This document shows, one piece after another, positions 59,054-64,000 of a DNA stretch of 64,000 bases (within the stretch, counting starts at the first letter, position 1; each line of letters opens with the position of its first letter). The stretch comes from an uncultured archaeon. Its GTDB lineage: Archaea > Asgardarchaeota > Lokiarchaeia > Sigyniarchaeales > SOKP01. The stretch covers positions 64,001 through 128,000 of the forward strand of contig CAZALK010000004.1 in NCBI GenBank assembly GCA_964486045.1, read 5' to 3'. A program made the translations under genes and the position numbers. The notes beneath the pieces are model-generated. The model made no database searches, was not told the origin of the DNA, and worked only from the letters and a program-made list of their open reading frames with translations.

Positions 59054-60955
59054 ATGCCAGATAACCCAAATGATTTAGAAGATAGAATCAAATATTTGGT
59101 TAAAGAAATAGAACGCCACCGATATCTATATTATAACAAACAGCCAGAGATCTCCGATGCTAAATATGATTCTCTAGAAGATGAGTTAAGAGATATTGAT
59201 CCAAAGAATCCGATATTATTTAAAATTGGAGTTGATTATTCAGAGCTCTTTACTAAAAGGGAACACATAATACCAATGACTTCTCAAGATAAAGTTTCAA
59301 ATCCTCAAGATTTTATAGCTTGGGTGCGAAAAAGAAATATTAAAACATTTCTAGTTCAATTTAAACTTGATGGGATAAGCATTGAGCTTCAGTATGAAGA
59401 TGGTGATTTTAAACATGCAGTAACGCGCGGAGATGGAAAAATTGGGGATGATGTTAGTATCAATGTGATTAAAATGAAAGGTTTTATACCAAAGTTGATA
59501 AATCGGTTTACAGGGGCTGTTAGGGCAGAAATATTGTTGTTTCATGATATTTTTGATAAAAAATATGCTGATAAACAAAACTGTAGAAATGCTGCAGCAG
59601 GAATTGTAAGAAGGAAGGACGGTGTTGGTTGTAATGATTTAAATCTGATTTTTTATGACGCAATAAGTATAACAGATGATGTAGTTTTTACAAGTGAAGT
59701 AAAAAAACTGAAATGGCTAAAAGATCAAAATTTCCCTACTATAAAAACTAAAACAATTCATACACCTCAAGAGGTTATTAAAGTTCGGAAAGACGTAATT
59801 GATAACATCAGAAGCTCTTTGGAGTATGATATAGATGGACTTGTAATAAAAGGAAATGAAATTGACATCGAAGATATGCAGAGAACAAAACCTATGAAAC
59901 AGGTTGCGTTTAAATTTCAAGCTGAGGAAATAGAAACTAAATTGCTTGATGTAGAGTGGTCTATTAGTGGGCAAAATTACACCCCTGTGGCTATTGTAGA
60001 GACTGTTAAATTAGCCGGTTCTAATGTAAGTAGAGCAAGTTTAGCTAATCCTAATTTAATTGAGGAATTAGGAATAAAAATTGGTTCTGAGGTAGTGATA
60101 AGTAAAAGAGGGGACATAATTCCAAAAATTGAAAGAGTTGTTAAGAATTCCTCAGAAACAAGAGAAATTATAGTTCCAAAAATCTGTGAGGTGTGCGATA
60201 CTGAATTAGTTAATGAAGGTACTCGAATATTTTGTCCGAATGAAGCCTGTCCTAAGCGTGTATATTACCGTCTGGTTAGGTGGATTAAAAAATTAAATGT
60301 TAAACACTTCAGCGAAAAATTAATGTTAAAACCTTTATTTAAAAGCAGAAAAGTAAGAAAAATTGCTGATTTATACAAATTAAAAATAAGAGACCTCACT
60401 CTTTTTGAGGCTGTAAAAGAAACATCAGCAAAAAAAGCTTTAGATAATTTACTTGCTGTGAAAGAAGTTTCTTTAGCAAAATTTATAGGCGGCTTTGCTA
60501 TTGAAAATGTAGGAGAAGATTTAGCACAACGAATAGTAGATGCGGGATATAATACATTGGATAAAATTAGAAATTCATCTGTTCTTCAATTATCCCAGGT
60601 AGAAGGATTTGCGAGAAAAACGGCACAGCAATTACTTGAAGGAGTTATAAAAATCTATCCACTAATGAAGGAATTATTAGATACGAACAAAATAAAAATA
60701 CAAGAAACAAGCCAAAGTAAGAAATTTAACGGATTAAGTTTCTGTTTTACTGGAAAATTAAATACTATCAAGAGGACTAGAGCTGAACAGCTAGTTAAAG
60801 ATCTTGGGGGTCAACCAAAAAGTAGTGTTGTTAGTAATTTAACATATTTAGTAACAAATTCAACTGATCAATCAGCTAAATACTTGAAGGCACAAAATCA
60901 AGTTGGTACCAAAATTATTACAGAAGAGGAGTTCATTAAACTGATTAAAAGTTAA
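59054..60955 (+). CDS. ligA: NAD+-dependent DNA ligase
   Basis: YY...PEISDAKYD, KLDG, TRGDG, RNAAAG, DGLVIK, AFKF, GDIIP, a C4 zinc finger and a BRCT (FCFTG). Confidence 0.96.
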   Translation: MPDNPNDLEDRIKYLVKEIERHRYLYYNKQPEISDAKYDSLEDELRDIDPKNPILFKIGVDYSELFTKREHIIPMTSQDKVSNPQDFIAWVRKRNIKTFLVQFKLDGISIELQYEDGDFKHAVTRGDGKIGDDVSINVIKMKGFIPKLINRFTGAVRAEILLFHDIFDKKYADKQNCRNAAAGIVRRKDGVGCNDLNLIFYDAISITDDVVFTSEVKKLKWLKDQNFPTIKTKTIHTPQEVIKVRKDVIDNIRSSLEYDIDGLVIKGNEIDIEDMQRTKPMKQVAFKFQAEEIETKLLDVEWSISGQNYTPVAIVETVKLAGSNVSRASLANPNLIEELGIKIGSEVVISKRGDIIPKIERVVKNSSETREIIVPKICEVCDTELVNEGTRIFCPNEACPKRVYYRLVRWIKKLNVKHFSEKLMLKPLFKSRKVRKIADLYKLKIRDLTLFEAVKETSAKKALDNLLAVKEVSLAKFIGGFAIENVGEDLAQRIVDAGYNTLDKIRNSSVLQLSQVEGFARKTAQQLLEGVIKIYPLMKELLDTNKIKIQETSQSKKFNGLSFCFTGKLNTIKRTRAEQLVKDLGGQPKSSVVSNLTYLVTNSTDQSAKYLKAQNQVGTKIITEEEFIKLIKS

Positions 60956-61049
60956 TGGATTTTCCTTTCATTTCTAATTTTAAAGCGATCTTTAAATATT
61001 TAAATTAGAGAATTAATCTTATAAATCTTCATCAAATATTAGAATAGTT

Positions 61050-61772
61050 TCAATCAAAATGATTTGAAATATGAATTGCGATCAAAGTAACGAGTGCTTT
61101 TGAAACTAAAATCTCCTTCTTATTTAGTATAACATATATCTCAGATTCAGAAACTATTATTTTCTTTCCTCCGCTAAGCACTTTAGACTTACAAATAATT
61201 TCACTACCTTTTGCAGGTTTAAAATAATTTATTTTAAATTCAACAGTGAGAATCCGCAAATTTTCGGGTATAGTCGTGTAAGCAGAGTAGCCTGCTGTAT
61301 GATCAGCCATTGTAGCTATTACACCTGCATGAACAAACCCATCTTGTTGTTTATGTTCTGGACGAATTATAAGACGAGATTCAAATACTCTTTTATCCAC
61401 TTTATCAACAATAAATCCACAATAAGCCGGAAATCCTTGAACATAATATTTTTTTAAGAAAGTAACCCGATTCTTAAGAGCAGGATATAAACCGAGAGAT
61501 ATGATACCAACAAGCCCTATGATAGCGATATCCAAGAGATTAAACACGTAAATAGATTCTCCGTTGAACCCGGCATTCATTTTAAATAGTTTAACAAGCC
61601 AATTGTTTGCAATCCAGCCGACAATAGTATCCGGTCGAAGATCTCCAAAAAGACCAACGATTCCCATTAGGAATAATATAAATACAAGTAGAGAAGCTGC
61701 TCCAGCAACCTTATAAAGTGTTTTCCTGACAGTATTTATAGTTTCCGCGCTTGATTCATTCATACGCTTCAA
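61050..61772 (-). CDS. PaaI thioesterase fused to an N-terminal membrane-protein fragment (probable chimera)
   Basis: HKQQDGFVHAGVIATMADHTAG and TVEFKINY motifs. The first ~100 aa are two TM helices. Confidence 0.8.
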   Translation of the reverse strand: MKRMNESSAETINTVRKTLYKVAGAASLLVFILFLMGIVGLFGDLRPDTIVGWIANNWLVKLFKMNAGFNGESIYVFNLLDIAIIGLVGIISLGLYPALKNRVTFLKKYYVQGFPAYCGFIVDKVDKRVFESRLIIRPEHKQQDGFVHAGVIATMADHTAGYSAYTTIPENLRILTVEFKINYFKPAKGSEIICKSKVLSGGKKIIVSESEIYVILNKKEILVSKALVTLIAIHISNHFD

Positions 61773-62114
61773 TCACCATATTTTACTTCCACTCTAATAT
61801 TAAATTACATCTTACTTTTTTAATTAATGTTTTTAGCGACCATATAAATAACCAAAAGGCATAAGTCAATATCACTTCAAAAAAATCTACTTTAGGCAGT
61901 TTATATTAGCTCTAGATAAATAATTGAAATTAAAATCTTGATAAATATAAAAGATTTTAACTCACAATAATTTTAAACTAAAAAGTTTAAATGTTCTTAT
62001 TTACCATTTTTTTTATTACACTGTTAAATTTTTATTAAAAATTTGGAATTCGTATTAAGAAAAACGTCTTTTAATTCAGGATAGACATTAGAATATTTTA
62101 AAATAGGTGAAAAA

Positions 62115-62321
62115 ATGACAATAATATGTAGAATATGTGAAAAAGATAAAAAAAAAAGAAAAGTTATAAAAAGAATGCCATACGTGGAGAACGAATTGCC
62201 AGAGAAATACAGTGATTACCGGGAATACATATGTATGAACGTTATTAAGGAACTTCGTAAAGATAAGAAATGGTATGATAATGTCTGTGAGAATCGGATG
62301 TTAGTAAAAAAAAAGAAGTGA
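62115..62321 (+). CDS. Small basic Cys4 (putative Zn-ribbon) protein
   Basis: CRIC...C...C with an AGGTGA RBS. Confidence 0.6.
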   Translation: MTIICRICEKDKKKRKVIKRMPYVENELPEKYSDYREYICMNVIKELRKDKKWYDNVCENRMLVKKKK

Positions 62322-62327
62322 AAAAAT

Positions 62328-62993
62328 TTAATGATGTCGACCATTTTTCTTCCAAATCGTTTCGGTCTCATTAGAATTTTTGACTATTAAACCTTTATGG
62401 ACGAATTCTTTTAATTTGAGCTTAAGATATTTAATATCTGCTTCTTTAGTTAATTCTAATTTATATAAGAGTTCACGAAAATTTTGTCCGTTTCGAGTGA
62501 GGGCACCCAAGATATCATCACCTTTTACTTTAAAACCGTATCCGTCAGGTATAACTAATTTTTTTGACTGTTTCTTCTCCTCAGGTTTTTCTTTTACCCT
62601 TAGATCGAACGTGAATTTACACTTAGGATACCCCCTACACCCATAGAACCTACCATAAGTTCCAGTTCGCTCTTTCATGATTTTCCCACATTTTGGACAG
62701 GAAATATTATATGGATCCTTAAAATTATGTGAATAATTACAGTTAGGATAACCCTTACACCCAAGAAAGATACCATATTTTCCAATATATAATGCTAATT
62801 TTTTACTGCATTTTGGGCATGATGAGGGTGTGTTTAAGCCATTCTGTTTTTTCTCAGGTACATTTTTATTAGAGAATTCCTCTGTATACTTACATTTTGG
62901 ATAATCCATACAATCTAGATAAGTCCCATAAGTCCCTTTTCTTATCTCTAATGGCTTACCGCACCTTGGGCAAGTTTTTGGGATGTCAGCCAT
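62328..62993 (-). CDS. Stand-alone topoisomerase-I-type C4 zinc ribbons (x3) + wHTH-like tail
   Basis: Three CPxC...G.YG.F.GC..YP.C units. Confidence 0.88.
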   Translation of the reverse strand: MADIPKTCPRCGKPLEIRKGTYGTYLDCMDYPKCKYTEEFSNKNVPEKKQNGLNTPSSCPKCSKKLALYIGKYGIFLGCKGYPNCNYSHNFKDPYNISCPKCGKIMKERTGTYGRFYGCRGYPKCKFTFDLRVKEKPEEKKQSKKLVIPDGYGFKVKGDDILGALTRNGQNFRELLYKLELTKEADIKYLKLKLKEFVHKGLIVKNSNETETIWKKNGRHH

Positions 62994-63177
62994 AATTGAT
63001 TTTATTTATATTTTTTGGAAATAAAACACGGATCCTAACCTTAGGTATAAATAATTCCAATTAACCACAATTAAAAAATTTAGAGAATTAATATATTATT
63101 TTTAAAACTTATATATAAAACTGAAAAGTGAATTATGATTAGAAAAAATTAATATACAACTTTATCTGATCAAATTT

Positions 63178-64000
63178 TTACTTTTTTCTATTAGTTGGGG
63201 AATATTTTAAGGTGTTTTTTAAAAAAAGCTTATAATTTTTGGTTAAATTTCTTTTAAAATAAGGATTTTTTCCAGTATCTTTCATATATTTTTTATACAT
63301 TCTGTCTTTCCATTTTATAAAATTCTGAGTCTCTAACTCTTTCCATATAGCATTCTTACCCATTATTATTTCAAAAACATATTGTTCTGAGATTTCTTTT
63401 TGATCTTTACTTAAATTTATCTTTTTCTTTTCAGTTGTTTTTTTCGGTTTTTTTTCTTTAATCACAATGTTCTTGGGAAGGGATTTTAAATATTGTGCAA
63501 ATTTATTTGTAGGTTTGCCTCTATAATGAGTAATATTCCCGGTTTCTAAGCGATATTTATTTACTACTTTTGCTTTCCATTTCTGAAAAACTTTTGTTTC
63601 GGATCCATTCCACATTGCATTCTTGCCTGTTAATGTTTTAAAAATATCATGTTCTGAGAATTCTTTTTCGACTTTTTTAGAGCTTCGAGGTTTTAGTGTT
63701 TTTTCAATTATTTTTTTGGGCTTTTTTTTTTCAACTTTTTTGTTATTGAGAAGAAATTTCAAATACAGGGAAAATTTAGTTGTAGGTTTTCCTTTATAAT
63801 GAGTAATATTCCCCGTATCTATACGATATTTATTAGTTGTTCTAGCTTTCCATTTCTGAAAGGTATTAGTTTCGGATTCATTCCAAATAGCTTTTTTATT
63901 CGTTAATTTTTCAAAAACGAAAGCTTCAATATTTTCTAGTTTGACATCTTTTATATCCACCAATTTCTTTTTTGGGACTTCTTTTTGTTGTTTTGATACT
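63178..64000 (-). CDS. Basic repeat protein, 5'-truncated by the window edge
   Basis: The frame is open to 64000. It has three ~50-aa repeats separated by Lys-rich linkers. Confidence 0.8.
   Translation of the reverse strand, partial: VSKQQKEVPKKKLVDIKDVKLENIEAFVFEKLTNKKAIWNESETNTFQKWKARTTNKYRIDTGNITHYKGKPTTKFSLYLKFLLNNKKVEKKKPKKIIEKTLKPRSSKKVEKEFSEHDIFKTLTGKNAMWNGSETKVFQKWKAKVVNKYRLETGNITHYRGKPTNKFAQYLKSLPKNIVIKEKKPKKTTEKKKINLSKDQKEISEQYVFEIIMGKNAIWKELETQNFIKWKDRMYKKYMKDTGKNPYFKRNLTKNYKLFLKNTLKYSPTNRKK

Noticed and set aside
1-64000. CRISPR array, tRNA/rRNA, transposase, integrase or canonical attC sites
   Set aside because: None were recognised. The tandem repeats found are coding and have no spacers. 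A covariance-model search would be needed to exclude attC sites or small RNAs.

Overview
AT-rich archaeal chromosomal window, most consistent with an Asgard archaeon of the Lokiarchaeia type. This is inferred from a PGY-anchored Loki-CTERM-like surface protein, AGGTGA ribosome-binding sites, a tungsten AOR, and bacterial-type HtpG and LigA. I saw no rRNA, tRNA, CRISPR array, transposase or integrase. The left ~43 kb is a mosaic accessory region. It holds at least five toxin-antitoxin modules (several decaying), metabolic genes, three GC-richer islets and many gene scars. Several cargo blocks (PIN TA; HEAT-like + Imm63; htpG; AbrB/VapC) sit between partial duplications of neighbouring genes, two of which differ mainly at synonymous sites. 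A non-coding repeat family (core CGGTTATTTCACGA) marks some boundaries. Best leads: (1) a membrane protein (27464-28663) whose scaffold carries short motifs matching unrelated conserved proteins: bacterial EF-Tu N-terminus, metzincin zinc motif and gp19 tail-tube motif x3; (2) a candidate defence locus at 43.5-48.7 kb with a wHTH partner, an AAA+ ATPase-Mrr-like nuclease, an unannotated NRSN-repeat microprotein and a NERD-helicase; (3) a 7-gene SWIM/YehL/YehM/vWA operon; (4) an Hsp90 with a eukaryote-like charged linker and acidic tail; (5) a PPP phosphatase head-to-head with a TPR-like/degenerate ABC ATPase. All family calls come from motif recognition, not database searches.
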